64,000 nucleotides of DNA from a virus (taxonomy: Duplodnaviria > Caudoviricetes). Location: IMG/VR virus record IMGVR_UViG_3300044262_000032, positions 25,676-89,675 of that record. The stretch is one strand, 5' to 3'. The notes beneath the pieces are model-generated. The model did no database searches. It had not been told where the DNA came from and was given only the letters and a program-made list of their open reading frames with translations. A program made the translations under genes and the position numbers. Position 1 is the first letter of the stretch. Each line of letters starts with the position of its first letter. This document shows positions 8,964 through 18,054 of this stretch, one piece after another.

Positions 8964-9920
8964 ATGAACAAGGGCAATGTGGTGCATCTGCTCCAATTGC
9001 TCGGTGCAGAACGGATTACGGATAGCAATGACTGGGTAAAGGCGTCGTGTGTCTTTGCGCCCTGGACTCATTCTAAAGGCACCGATACCCGTCCGTCATT
9101 CGGTATTAGTGTTGGCAAACAGAGTCACTATCATTGCTTTACCTGCGGGCGTAAGGGGCCTCTTCCTATTCTCGTTACAGCACTCTGTATGCTGCGAGGC
9201 AGTGACAACTTAGAGGCGCGTGAATTTGTAATGGAGAACGAGGATCTCTCAATCGAAGAATACGAGAATTACAAAGATCCAGAACCTCTAGCGATCCTTT
9301 CTCCGACATTACTTCAGAAGTTTGAGCCTGCGGATATGAAGCTTTCGATAGTTCAAAAGAGGGGAATTCTGCCCAACACTATTGTCAAGTTCAATCTCCG
9401 CTACGACAACTACGAGAAGCGTTTGATCTTCCCGGTTAGGGATAGAGAACGCAATCTTGTAGGATTTCGCGGACGGGCGACGTTGGACTCTGACAAATTA
9501 AAGTACCGAGAGTATTCCGAACTCGCTCCGAAGAAGCAGTCATTGAAGGGGCATGGGTTATGGTATGGTATTGACTTCTTGCCTCCGCCTGACAAAAAGG
9601 TGATTCTTGTTGAAGGCGAGATGGACGCGATCAAGTTATCTCAGGCAATTCATCTGCGTGACGGCATTCTCGCGTCAATGGGGGCATCAATCTCCGATGC
9701 TCAGATAAAGACCATTCAGGGGATACGCAATCCAGTAGTTCTGTTTTTCGACAATGATGAGGCAGGCAAGCAAGCCACCAATAAGATTCTGTCTAAACTA
9801 AAGGGCGTAAAGCCTTGTATTTTCATCATTCGAGACTATGCTGGCTGTAAAGACCCCGACGAGATTGCCAGTAAAGGTAGGTTGAAAGTTGCTTTGCAGT
9901 CGATGGAAATGATCGCTTGA
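8964..9920 (+). CDS. dnaG: DNA primase (Zn-finger plus TOPRIM)
   Basis: CVFAPWTH..HYHCFTC; VILVEGEMDA; LFFDNDEAG; KDPDE. Confidence 0.93.
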   Translation: MNKGNVVHLLQLLGAERITDSNDWVKASCVFAPWTHSKGTDTRPSFGISVGKQSHYHCFTCGRKGPLPILVTALCMLRGSDNLEAREFVMENEDLSIEEYENYKDPEPLAILSPTLLQKFEPADMKLSIVQKRGILPNTIVKFNLRYDNYEKRLIFPVRDRERNLVGFRGRATLDSDKLKYREYSELAPKKQSLKGHGLWYGIDFLPPPDKKVILVEGEMDAIKLSQAIHLRDGILASMGASISDAQIKTIQGIRNPVVLFFDNDEAGKQATNKILSKLKGVKPCIFIIRDYAGCKDPDEIASKGRLKVALQSMEMIA

Positions 9921-9945
9921 CATGGCTATGGTGAGGTGAGATACT
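9917..9945 (+). promoter_or_regulatory. sigma70-type promoter upstream of SSB-like gene
   Basis: TTGACA-17 bp-GATACT. Confidence 0.55.
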
Positions 9946-10047
9946 CTTCGTATTCTAACAACACTATACGAAAGGAGAGTATATGAACTGATGTAGCTGC
10001 GGCTGACAAAACAACTAACAACCACTAACTAAAAGAGGAAAACGAAA

Positions 10048-10836
10048 ATGGCAAAGGCCAAAGAGACTCCCGCCGAAGTTCCCGCAAGTGCAGCATGGTT
10101 CACTAAAGGTGAAGCAGGGTTTGAACGTAAGCATCAGCAGGATAAATTCTCTGCGATGCGTAAAGAGAAGGGTGCGCCGCGCTTCTATCTCAAGGACAAG
10201 CCTGGTGATCACGAAGAAGGTTTTGGTCCGAGCAACGCCGCTCGTATCGTATTTCTGGATAGCGCTGGCTTCTGGATTCATGAGCACAACCTGAAGCTGG
10301 ATGGCAAGTGGGGGAACTTCTTCACTTGTGTCAAGGATTTTGCTCCTTGTGAAATCTGCAATCAGCTCAACGACAAGTCGATCTATACCTGCTACTTCAC
10401 GGTTATCGACACTCGTAAGTTCCCGAAGAAGGACAGCAGTATCAGCAAGTTCCGTAAGGTTTTGCTTCCTGCCAAGGGTGCTGCGATTGATGTCATCGAG
10501 AATCTACGAAAGACGCATGGCGATCTTCGTGGACTTGTTGTTGACGTTAAGCGTCTGAGTGACCGTGATCCAAACTGTGGGCGTGACTACAATGTAGTCA
10601 TTAAGGACGGCGCAGTCTATCGAATCGATCCAAGCAAGCGATTCGAAGGGGATGCGTCAGTTCCCTATGACTACATGAAGATTCTCGCTCCGCCTTCCAA
10701 CGAAGAGCTTGCCATTACCGGCGTGTCAGTTGTCCCGCTTGTCGGTTCTGCCGACGATCTGGATGATGAGGAAACCGCTACGGATACCCCGGCAGCGGCA
10801 GTCGACGCCGAAATCGACGCTCTTCTCGGGGAATAA
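10048..10836 (+). CDS. putative single-stranded DNA-binding protein (gp32-like)
   Basis: H..C..CEIC Zn ligands, aromatic-rich core, acidic C-terminal tail, replication-block position. Confidence 0.7.
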   Translation: MAKAKETPAEVPASAAWFTKGEAGFERKHQQDKFSAMRKEKGAPRFYLKDKPGDHEEGFGPSNAARIVFLDSAGFWIHEHNLKLDGKWGNFFTCVKDFAPCEICNQLNDKSIYTCYFTVIDTRKFPKKDSSISKFRKVLLPAKGAAIDVIENLRKTHGDLRGLVVDVKRLSDRDPNCGRDYNVVIKDGAVYRIDPSKRFEGDASVPYDYMKILAPPSNEELAITGVSVVPLVGSADDLDDEETATDTPAAAVDAEIDALLGE

Positions 10837-10839
10837 TTA

Positions 10840-10937
10840 GGCAGTGGTAGGGGGTGAACAGTCGGTGTTTAGCCGACGACCGAGCAGCAACGGTGTTGCC
10901 ACGTTCTCAGGGAGAGAACGACCATAGTGGAGCTGCC
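10840..10937 (+). ncRNA. unassigned structured intergenic RNA
   Basis: GGCAG/CTGCC closing stem around hairpins GTCGG/CCGAC, GCAAC/GTTGC, CGTTCTC/GAGAACG. Confidence 0.45.
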
Positions 10938-10971
10938 CCGCTCATTTTCTTAGGATAGGAGGTGAGACCTT

Positions 10972-12279
10972 ATGAGTAAGCTTGTTGACCGCGTAGAACG
11001 TGTTGGCGCATGGGCTGAAGTAACACTACTTCCCGGTACAGAAGCGGAGGCTCGTAAGCGTCTCACACTCAAGATGAAGGATACTAAGGTTGTACTGCCT
11101 CAGTATCGCAATCATGCTGACCCACGGAGACTCTATGTTCCTCGTGGGTTAGTTTCCTCATGCGGTCTTCCTGTAGATGGCGATTGGGATACGCTTGGGG
11201 TAAAGTCAAAGCTGATTGAGCCTCGGGATGGTCAACAGAAGACCATTGATGAATTCCTCACTGCTGTTAAGACTACGCACCCCTATGGTGGAATACTGCA
11301 AGCCGTAACAGGTGCTGGTAAAACAGTCATGGCAATCGATATAGCCTGTACGCTGAATCTCAAGACTCTGATCATCGTTCCACGATCCTCTCTTGTGGAT
11401 CAGTGGAAGAAGCAGATTCTGAATTGGACAGATTGTGAGGAAGAGGATATAGGTCTGATTCAGGGTCAGATTAGAAATTATCGTGATAAGCGATTTACGA
11501 TTGCAATGATTCATACTCTCGCGCAGCAGTACAAGACCTATGAGAGAGATTTATTCAAGGCATTTGGCACAGTCATCTTCGATGAATGTCATGTAGTTGG
11601 CGCGGAGACTTTCTCCGAAACAGCTCCGCTCTTTATCTCTGCCTATCGAATTGGGCTTAGTGCTACACCTAGACGATTTGATGGGATGGACAATGTCTTC
11701 TATTGGCACATCGGAGGCATCGTTGCTAAGTTTACAAAGCTTCAAGCGAAGGCTAGAGTTCGTATTTTCCCCTACAGGGGTAATGATACTTCGCACAGCG
11801 GTTGCGTCTATGGTGGTGATCTTAATCTTGGTCGATATCTTAATCGTATTGCACGGTCTTCATCTCGCCTCGCACTGGTTTCTAAAGTCACAGCTGCCTT
11901 AGCGAATAAGGGGCACGATATCCTAGTTCTTTCCGATCGTATTGCTCATCTTAACTCTATCCAAATGAGTCTTGTGAAAATGGGGGTAGATGCTAATGAG
12001 ATTGGGTTTCTTATCGGAAACCGTAAGGAGCTTACGAAACGGATTATCTTGGGGACTTATGGCTCTGCAGGTATGGGCGTTGACATTCCACGACTCTCTG
12101 CCCTCGTGCTTGCGACTCCCAGATCGGATATCGAACAGGCTGTGGGACGGGTGCTTAGACAGGGCTCACCGATTGTTGTCGACTTCATTGATACTGCCTC
12201 AACAATCATGCAGAAGTGGGCCGGGTCACGACTCAAATTCTTTCGGAAGATAACTGATGACATTCAGAGGGCGGCATAA
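10972..12279 (+). CDS. SF2 DNA helicase (UvsW/T5 D10-like)
   Basis: AVTGAGKT, IFDECH, SATPRR, QAVGRVLR. Confidence 0.93.
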   Translation: MSKLVDRVERVGAWAEVTLLPGTEAEARKRLTLKMKDTKVVLPQYRNHADPRRLYVPRGLVSSCGLPVDGDWDTLGVKSKLIEPRDGQQKTIDEFLTAVKTTHPYGGILQAVTGAGKTVMAIDIACTLNLKTLIIVPRSSLVDQWKKQILNWTDCEEEDIGLIQGQIRNYRDKRFTIAMIHTLAQQYKTYERDLFKAFGTVIFDECHVVGAETFSETAPLFISAYRIGLSATPRRFDGMDNVFYWHIGGIVAKFTKLQAKARVRIFPYRGNDTSHSGCVYGGDLNLGRYLNRIARSSSRLALVSKVTAALANKGHDILVLSDRIAHLNSIQMSLVKMGVDANEIGFLIGNRKELTKRIILGTYGSAGMGVDIPRLSALVLATPRSDIEQAVGRVLRQGSPIVVDFIDTASTIMQKWAGSRLKFFRKITDDIQRAA

Positions 12280-12731
12280 TGCCAGCGACTAAAGACTACA
12301 ATCGTGCGTATTGGAAGGCCAACAGATCTCGCCTTCTACGCAGGAAGAAGGAGCGTTACGAGAAAGATGCAAAGTACCGCGAAGGTATTCTGAAGCGGTC
12401 ACGGAAAGCGTACAGAGAGGCCCGTGTAATCTCGAAGGTACTGGAGATCCCAGTTGCTCCTACAAACGAAGAATTCAAGATTGTGGCAAAGGCCATTGTA
12501 AAGGGGATTGTCCATGAAAGTAAAAAAGATCGGCGCTCATCCAACCCTGTCCGTGGTAAAGAACGGAAATGTGACGCAAAAGAAGGGCAAGCCAAAGATG
12601 TTCAACGGCGAGCCAGCGGTAGTGAGAGTGTCGATGGGTACGACTCTAAATATGGGGAACTACCAAAGTCTACGCCTCGGCGTCGATCTGGCTCTGCCAT
12701 GCTCACCTGCTCAGGTAGAACAAGCATTTGA
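12279..12731 (+). CDS. basic hypothetical protein
   Basis: TAATG coupling; YNRAYWKANR..KKERYEKD basic helix; 3' half overlaps next gene. Confidence 0.55.
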   Translation: MPATKDYNRAYWKANRSRLLRRKKERYEKDAKYREGILKRSRKAYREARVISKVLEIPVAPTNEEFKIVAKAIVKGIVHESKKDRRSSNPVRGKERKCDAKEGQAKDVQRRASGSESVDGYDSKYGELPKSTPRRRSGSAMLTCSGRTSI

Positions 12732-12831
12732 TAAGGCGGCAAAGTTTGTACAGTTGAAGCTGGATACGCTGATTACTGAGCATACCCCGCAGAATGTCGG
12801 CGTTAAGGAAATCGGGGACGTGGAGCTTTAA
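12514..12831 (+). CDS. conserved phage hypothetical protein
   Basis: VRVSMGTTLNMGNYQSLRLGVD motif, common near phage recombination genes. Confidence 0.75.
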   Translation: MKVKKIGAHPTLSVVKNGNVTQKKGKPKMFNGEPAVVRVSMGTTLNMGNYQSLRLGVDLALPCSPAQVEQAFDKAAKFVQLKLDTLITEHTPQNVGVKEIGDVEL

Positions 12832-12832
12832 G

Positions 12833-13984
12833 ATGGCAAAGAAGACAACTCAAGGAACAGGTCTTGAGGCTGGGCTAATCCCTCCAATTAGTGGAGACAC
12901 GCCGACTCGCCCAAAGACTGCGGCGGATCTCAAGAAGAGATTTGATAAGACGAAGCCTCGCTCTATATACACTGGCTCGGAAATTGAAGGGATTGTAGTT
13001 CCACGTCTACCCTCAGGGTCATTTGTATTTGATATGCTGACAGCAGGGGGCATCCCGAGGAATCGAATTACAGTATTTCATGGCCCGAAGAGCAGTAGTA
13101 AGACCACCTTTGCTCTTCGACTTGCCGGCATGTTTCAGACGCTTAATCCAACGCTTACAGCAGCCTTCGTTGACTTCGAAGGTACGTTTGATTGGGAATG
13201 GGCGAAGTCATATATTCCTGATCAGGCTCGTCTTCATGTAGTTCGTCCTGACTACGGTGAAGAAGGCATCGATATGGTGAAAGCATATGCCACCGAAGCA
13301 GATGATGTGGGTCTTATTATCATCGATTCTCTTGCTGGTATTATTCCTGTCGCAGAAGCCGAAGCCGACGCAGCGGATTATACCCAACTTGGTTTGCAAG
13401 TCCGTCTTATTAATCGCCTGCTTCGCATTCTTATACCTCATATGTCTCAAGTGAATAAGCAGGGTGGACAACTTACCGTTCTGGCGATTAACCAGATTCG
13501 GGCAAACATGAATAAGACTGGCCCATATGGATCGCCGTACTCCCAGCCGGGCGGTAAGCTTCTTGAACATGCCGCCTCTATGGACGTTAAGTTTTATAGT
13601 GGTGAGTACGAGAAACTGCAAGGTATCCCAGTCAAGGTTAAGCACAAGTTTCAAGTTGAGAAAAATAAAGTAGGACTGCCGAAACGAAGCGGGGAGTTAG
13701 CGTACTATCTAACTGACTCCCCCGAAGGTATGTATCGAGCAGGGGAATTGGACGAAGACAAGGTAGTTATTACCTACGCCAAACGAGCTGGGTTGATTAA
13801 TCGAGAAGGTACAAAATGGGTTATTGCTCGAAAGGGTGCAGATCCACTAGTCTTTGATAATATGTTGGCACTTCTGAGATATACGAAAGAAGATCAGGAG
13901 TTCTACATTGCTCTCAAGAACGCTACGGTTAGAGCGTGTATCATCAATCCGTTCTTAACTGGAGAAGAGGGCAACAATGATTAA
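12833..13984 (+). CDS. recA: RecA/UvsX-like recombinase
   Basis: SGSFVFDMLTAGGIPR, GPKSSSKT (variant Walker A), IIIDSLA, INQIR, PGGK. Confidence 0.9.
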   Translation: MAKKTTQGTGLEAGLIPPISGDTPTRPKTAADLKKRFDKTKPRSIYTGSEIEGIVVPRLPSGSFVFDMLTAGGIPRNRITVFHGPKSSSKTTFALRLAGMFQTLNPTLTAAFVDFEGTFDWEWAKSYIPDQARLHVVRPDYGEEGIDMVKAYATEADDVGLIIIDSLAGIIPVAEAEADAADYTQLGLQVRLINRLLRILIPHMSQVNKQGGQLTVLAINQIRANMNKTGPYGSPYSQPGGKLLEHAASMDVKFYSGEYEKLQGIPVKVKHKFQVEKNKVGLPKRSGELAYYLTDSPEGMYRAGELDEDKVVITYAKRAGLINREGTKWVIARKGADPLVFDNMLALLRYTKEDQEFYIALKNATVRACIINPFLTGEEGNND

Positions 13985-14438
13985 TAGATGCTGCGTATGC
14001 GATAACCCGTTTGCTGTACCGCATCATAGGGGATGGTATGAATACTATGTCCCAAGAGTCTGTTCCAGCTACTGCTTTACCAGACTTTGTAACGAAGGCC
14101 ATCCAGAAGTACGAATCCCTCAAGGCGACCCGAGAATTGAAGAATTCACTGACAGTCTCATTGACCGCCGATCAAATTACGAGCGAGAATTTGAAAGATA
14201 CCTACGTCGCCTTAACCTTAACTCCAAATACGAGCCTTTTCGGTTTCGGATGCTGTCCGGTGCAGGCTACGTCCCTGATTACCTACTCAGTGGCCGCGTC
14301 TTCATCGAAGTCAAAGGTCTTTGGACTTCAGAAGGGAAAAGGAAGTTTCTCGATTTCAGAGACGAGTTCGATAACTTCCCTATCTACGTGGTAGATCGCT
14401 CATTTCTCGATATGCTGCGAAGGTCAACTAAACCATGA
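13977..14438 (+). CDS. T7 endonuclease I-like PD-(D/E)XK nuclease
   Basis: RSNYE..KYEP..YVPDY..IEVKG.WT; N-terminal Cys-rich finger. Confidence 0.8.
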   Translation: MINRCCVCDNPFAVPHHRGWYEYYVPRVCSSYCFTRLCNEGHPEVRIPQGDPRIEEFTDSLIDRRSNYEREFERYLRRLNLNSKYEPFRFRMLSGAGYVPDYLLSGRVFIEVKGLWTSEGKRKFLDFRDEFDNFPIYVVDRSFLDMLRRSTKP

Positions 14439-15301
14439 ACAATCATTCGGGACATCTACTAGACCTCTTTCGTGCCTCATATAGAGGCAAAGGAGAAGGT
14501 GGTCGTGAGGGCGACACTTCTATCCACGTTTCTAATCTCATTAATTTTTGTCCTCGTGCCTACTGGCTATGCCGTCGCTTTGACCGCGGTTATCATGGCT
14601 TTCGGCATCCTGGTATGCAAATGGGTTGGACGTTTGATATTGGACACGCTCTACAGCGAATTCAAGTCCATCGACTAATGAGTCAGGGGGCGGTCTTTGG
14701 TTCGTGGGAGTGTAGACATTGTAAGCGTCTTGAATATGGGATGCAGGACGATAAACGAATCTGTCCGACTTGTCGTTGTCGTGCCTGGAAGAATAGGGAT
14801 CTTGGGGTAGAGCTACAGTTGCCATTAGCGTCGACACCACAAACACCGCTGATAGTTCGAGGGAATATCGACTTTGTTGTAGCGATGACTCCCCAACATG
14901 GCTATGTATCCGATGCAAAAAGCATTAAGGCGGAAGACTTTGATCTATTGAAAGACGCTACTATAGACTACAAGCGTCAGGTGCGTCTATATATGTGGCT
15001 CGCCAATCACAAGAAGGCTCGCATTCTCGGCGAGCCTCGTGTAGGTGCAGAAAAGTTTAAGATTGATCCTCGTCTTGGGGTTATCTCCTATTGTGTAAAA
15101 GGCGCGCGGCAGGAGCCCTTCAAGATTTTTAATGTTGAACAAGATCGACCGTTTATCAAGCAGATCGATACCAGATTACAAGCGCTTGTAAAGCACATTG
15201 ATGAGGGAACCGCACCTGATCGAATCTGCGCGTCACAGGCAAACATGATGGCTAGGAACTGTGCGGCAAGAACGCTGTGCTTTGAAGGGGAGGGTCACTG
15301 A
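14435..15301 (+). CDS. Cas4/AddB-like PD-(D/E)XK exonuclease
   Basis: SNLINFCPR, GHALQ, GNID, DAKS, QVRLY, three C-terminal Cys (iron-staple pattern), internal CRHC..CPTC ribbon. Confidence 0.8.
   Translation: MNNHSGHLLDLFRASYRGKGEGGREGDTSIHVSNLINFCPRAYWLCRRFDRGYHGFRHPGMQMGWTFDIGHALQRIQVHRLMSQGAVFGSWECRHCKRLEYGMQDDKRICPTCRCRAWKNRDLGVELQLPLASTPQTPLIVRGNIDFVVAMTPQHGYVSDAKSIKAEDFDLLKDATIDYKRQVRLYMWLANHKKARILGEPRVGAEKFKIDPRLGVISYCVKGARQEPFKIFNVEQDRPFIKQIDTRLQALVKHIDEGTAPDRICASQANMMARNCAARTLCFEGEGH
15175..15192. promoter_or_regulatory. 18-bp palindromic site, copy 3 (ATTACAAGCGCTTGTAAA)
   Basis: Perfect 16-bp palindrome TTACAAGCGCTTGTAA inside a CDS. Confidence 0.6.
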
Positions 15302-15543
15302 TGAAGAAGGACGAGTTTCTAGTTAGATTCAAACTGGGATTTAGTGATCTTACCTGCGATGAGATTTGTACACTGGAGGCCTATCTCAAGGAGGGTCTCT
15401 GTGACAAACAGTGGGGAAACCCGGAGATTTCGTTTGAGGCAGTGTATACAGGCGAGCGTCCAGAAAAGAAGGCCAAAAAGAGCGTTACGAAGGAAGAAGT
15501 TCTAGCACTAGAGAAAGCAAAGGGAACTAGCTGTGGCAACTAA
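15301..15543 (+). CDS. hypothetical protein
   Basis: Coupled ORF with SD. Confidence 0.7.
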   Translation: MKKDEFLVRFKLGFSDLTCDEICTLEAYLKEGLCDKQWGNPEISFEAVYTGERPEKKAKKSVTKEEVLALEKAKGTSCGN

Positions 15544-16096
15544 TAATGCTGAAGTTCAGTTATCCCAAGAAGAGGTTCAGCGAATTGCTGAAGCCGTCTG
15601 GAATATGCAAACTAGCCCAACTCTTAGCGAGACGCTCTATCACACTTCATTTGATACATTTACAACTGGCGTAGATACCGGAACAACATGGACCACCCAG
15701 CCAATAGGCCCGTGGACTGGATCAAACGAATATATCTATATCCCGCCATGGGAAGATCGAATTAGAGAGCAAGAGCCAGTGGTTGATAGTGAGGCTCTCC
15801 GAAGATTTCGTGAGTCCATTGCTGAAACTGTGCGAAGTGTGCGTCGAAATCCCACTCCCGAGCTAGAGATGATCGAAGCTACAGAAATACCAGCATCAGA
15901 TGATCCAGTCCCGGCTATTAGACTTGTTATAAAGTTCCCAACTACCCCCGTGGTGGAACTGTCAGCTGATGCGCTGCGGATGTTTGATAAAGAAATCAAA
16001 CTGGCATTCATTCGCGCATTTCGACTCGTGCCTCCACCTACGGCAACAATTAGACGGCTTATCTTCGATGAGGCAGTCGATGACTGTAGCAAATAG
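15533..16096 (+). CDS. hypothetical protein
   Basis: GTG start overlapping upstream stop; 187 aa. Confidence 0.7.
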   Translation: MATNNAEVQLSQEEVQRIAEAVWNMQTSPTLSETLYHTSFDTFTTGVDTGTTWTTQPIGPWTGSNEYIYIPPWEDRIREQEPVVDSEALRRFRESIAETVRSVRRNPTPELEMIEATEIPASDDPVPAIRLVIKFPTTPVVELSADALRMFDKEIKLAFIRAFRLVPPPTATIRRLIFDEAVDDCSK

Positions 16097-16409
16097 AAAT
16101 AGGGCTCGCGGAAAAGCAAGTGAGAAAGCGCTGGCTGATCTTCTAGGTTGGCTTAGATATGGAATCATGGGGGGTGAAGACCTCGTGGACCCAACAGGTG
16201 AGTGGTCTGGTGAAAGTAAGAGTGTTCAGCGCTGCGTTGTATCCAAGTGGTTTGAGCAGGCTACACGCAATGCAACCAAGTCTAAGCGCGCGGGGCGCAA
16301 GCGTCCCGTTGTCTTTATTCATTTGAAGGGAACTCAACACGCTACTAGTGATCTAGCCGTCATACATATTCAGGATTTTCTTGAACTCACGAAAGGTGGA
16401 CGAACATGA
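16080..16409 (+). CDS. Hjc-type Holliday junction resolvase-like nuclease
   Basis: RARGKASEKALA..GEDL..ESK..WFEQA..PVVF. Confidence 0.7.
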   Translation: MTVANRNRARGKASEKALADLLGWLRYGIMGGEDLVDPTGEWSGESKSVQRCVVSKWFEQATRNATKSKRAGRKRPVVFIHLKGTQHATSDLAVIHIQDFLELTKGGRT

Positions 16410-16777
16410 TCGAATTCTCCGAGCTGTTCTCCCTGCCACTAGTGAGATGTCATCATAAGGAACAAATCTGTAGATTTGCCTATCACGACCCACACTATAC
16501 CTTCTTCCCTGATGGCAGAAGGATGGATTTGTGGATAACGCGCTGTTTCGTGGGGAGGGAGTATTGTGACTGCGAAGGCTATCGATCGGATTCGGAATGT
16601 AGTTGTCCCCGCTGTGAAGAAGGGGTACTACCTTACTCGCGGGAAGATTCATCTCACGAAGGACGAGGAAGTGACCTACTGTGGGGTGAAGCTGGAGGAT
16701 GTAAATGGATCCACTACCGAGCTGGACGGGGTAACTTGCCAAAAATGCCTAATGTTCAAAACCCAGACTTGGCGTAG
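16406..16777 (+). CDS. Cys-rich hypothetical protein
   Basis: GAAAGGTGG SD, ATGA coupling; 3' part overlaps next gene. Confidence 0.5.
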   Translation: MIEFSELFSLPLVRCHHKEQICRFAYHDPHYTFFPDGRRMDLWITRCFVGREYCDCEGYRSDSECSCPRCEEGVLPYSREDSSHEGRGSDLLWGEAGGCKWIHYRAGRGNLPKMPNVQNPDLA

Positions 16778-16847
16778 GGGAGTGAAATCCGAGGTAAAAG
16801 AAATTCCTCCTGTCAAGACTAGAAAAGCAAAGAAGAGGGCGCGATAA
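16566..16847 (+). CDS. small Zn-binding hypothetical protein
   Basis: GGGAGG SD before GTG; H..YCG..VTCQKC; TAATG coupling. Confidence 0.7.
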   Translation: MTAKAIDRIRNVVVPAVKKGYYLTRGKIHLTKDEEVTYCGVKLEDVNGSTTELDGVTCQKCLMFKTQTWRRGVKSEVKEIPPVKTRKAKKRAR

Positions 16848-17341
16848 TGGCACTACAAGATTCAGGCGAACGAAGAGAGTTTTCAACAGGAGCAGTAAGA
16901 GATATGTCAGCTGGTAAAGGACGTTACGATCTTATTCCCTATGATGCTCTTAGGCGACTGGCTCTTATCTACGAACATGGTGCTGTAAAGTATGGTGAAG
17001 GCAACTGGATGAAGGGAATTCCTGTTTCTTCATTTATAGATAGCGCCATGCGTCATCTACAGAAGTTCTCCGCTGGACTAGAAGATGAAGATCATCCCGC
17101 GCAGGCAGTTTGGAATATCTTTGCTGCTATGTGGACAATTGATCAGATCAGACAAGGGAAGTTATCAGCAGATTTGGACAATCGGGCGTACAAGATTCCT
17201 GTAGTTTCAATTCCAACTGTTTGGACCGCAGGCTCTTCTCCACAAGAGGGGGATACCTATGTGATAGTTACTAATGATCCACATGGGGGACCAGAAAAGA
17301 AGTATCTATTTCGCAACGGTAACTGGGAATATGTCGTCTAG
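16847..17341 (+). CDS. dATP/dGTP diphosphohydrolase-like protein (DUF5664)
   Basis: FSTGAVRD..GKGRYDLIP..GAVKYG..NW.KG..SA.RHL..EDH.A..WN. Confidence 0.88.
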   Translation: MALQDSGERREFSTGAVRDMSAGKGRYDLIPYDALRRLALIYEHGAVKYGEGNWMKGIPVSSFIDSAMRHLQKFSAGLEDEDHPAQAVWNIFAAMWTIDQIRQGKLSADLDNRAYKIPVVSIPTVWTAGSSPQEGDTYVIVTNDPHGGPEKKYLFRNGNWEYVV

Positions 17342-17350
17342 GAGACAATC

Positions 17351-17713
17351 ATGACCCCAAAGAAACCTCGTCCGAAGAAGCTTATTGGCCAGACTCGTAA
17401 GATCAAGACAGGGTGTGGGAATCTATTTCTAACAGTAAACGAAGATGCAGACGGTCCATTTGAGGTGTTCATCAGATTCGGTAAAGGCGGTGGTTGTTCC
17501 AGCACTATTGGGGAATCCATCGGTCGTCTTGTGTCTATATCCCTGCGAAAGGGAGAAGGCGCCGAGGAGATCATCAAACAGCTTATGGGAATCACCTGTC
17601 ATCAGCAGCTCCCGGCTATTGGAGAAGATCCAGCAGTTTTTTCGTGTGCTGATGGAGTAGCACAGCTTCTTAGAAAGCATATGGCGGAGAGGGAAAAGGA
17701 AAAGGCGTCATGA
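17351..17713 (+). CDS. stand-alone TSCPD-domain protein (NrdJb-like)
   Basis: KIKTGCGNLFLTVN..GKGGGC..IGRLVSISLR..L.GITC..SC.D.VA. Confidence 0.85.
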   Translation: MTPKKPRPKKLIGQTRKIKTGCGNLFLTVNEDADGPFEVFIRFGKGGGCSSTIGESIGRLVSISLRKGEGAEEIIKQLMGITCHQQLPAIGEDPAVFSCADGVAQLLRKHMAEREKEKAS

Positions 17714-18054
17714 GTGAAGAACGAGGAACGCTAGAGCTAACCGAGCCACACCCCTCAGCTCTTCATGCGTTGAAGTGGATTCGTAGTCTACCAGCAACGA
17801 CTATCTTTACATGGCAAGAAGCATATGCTTCTTGTTCGATTGAAGGAAATAGACTTGCAGAAGTTTGTGGCGAAACGCTACGGCGCTTGATGGATGGTGA
17901 GCCCGTTAGCGACCGCTATCTTCTAGGCCTTGCATGGAGTATGCGCTATGACGGAACTGGAGAAGTCGAAAGTACGGGCAAAAAGAAGAGAGGCAGACCG
18001 CCGGGCAAAAAGTCGCGCAAAGCAAAAGATGAAGGAGTGGCGCCTACCGGATAA
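17710..18054 (+). CDS. hypothetical protein
   Basis: ATGA coupling; 114 aa. Confidence 0.7.
   Translation: MSEERGTLELTEPHPSALHALKWIRSLPATTIFTWQEAYASCSIEGNRLAEVCGETLRRLMDGEPVSDRYLLGLAWSMRYDGTGEVESTGKKKRGRPPGKKSRKAKDEGVAPTG

Noticed and set aside
14435-15301. Cas4-like gene as part of a CRISPR system
   Set aside because: No repeat-spacer array or other cas gene in the window; solo Cas4-like nucleases are common in phage recombination blocks
16847-17341. 2-aminoadenine (Z) genome pathway suggested by DUF5664
   Set aside because: No PurZ or DatZ-like gene is visible in the window, and DUF5664 often occurs alone; genes outside the window cannot be excluded
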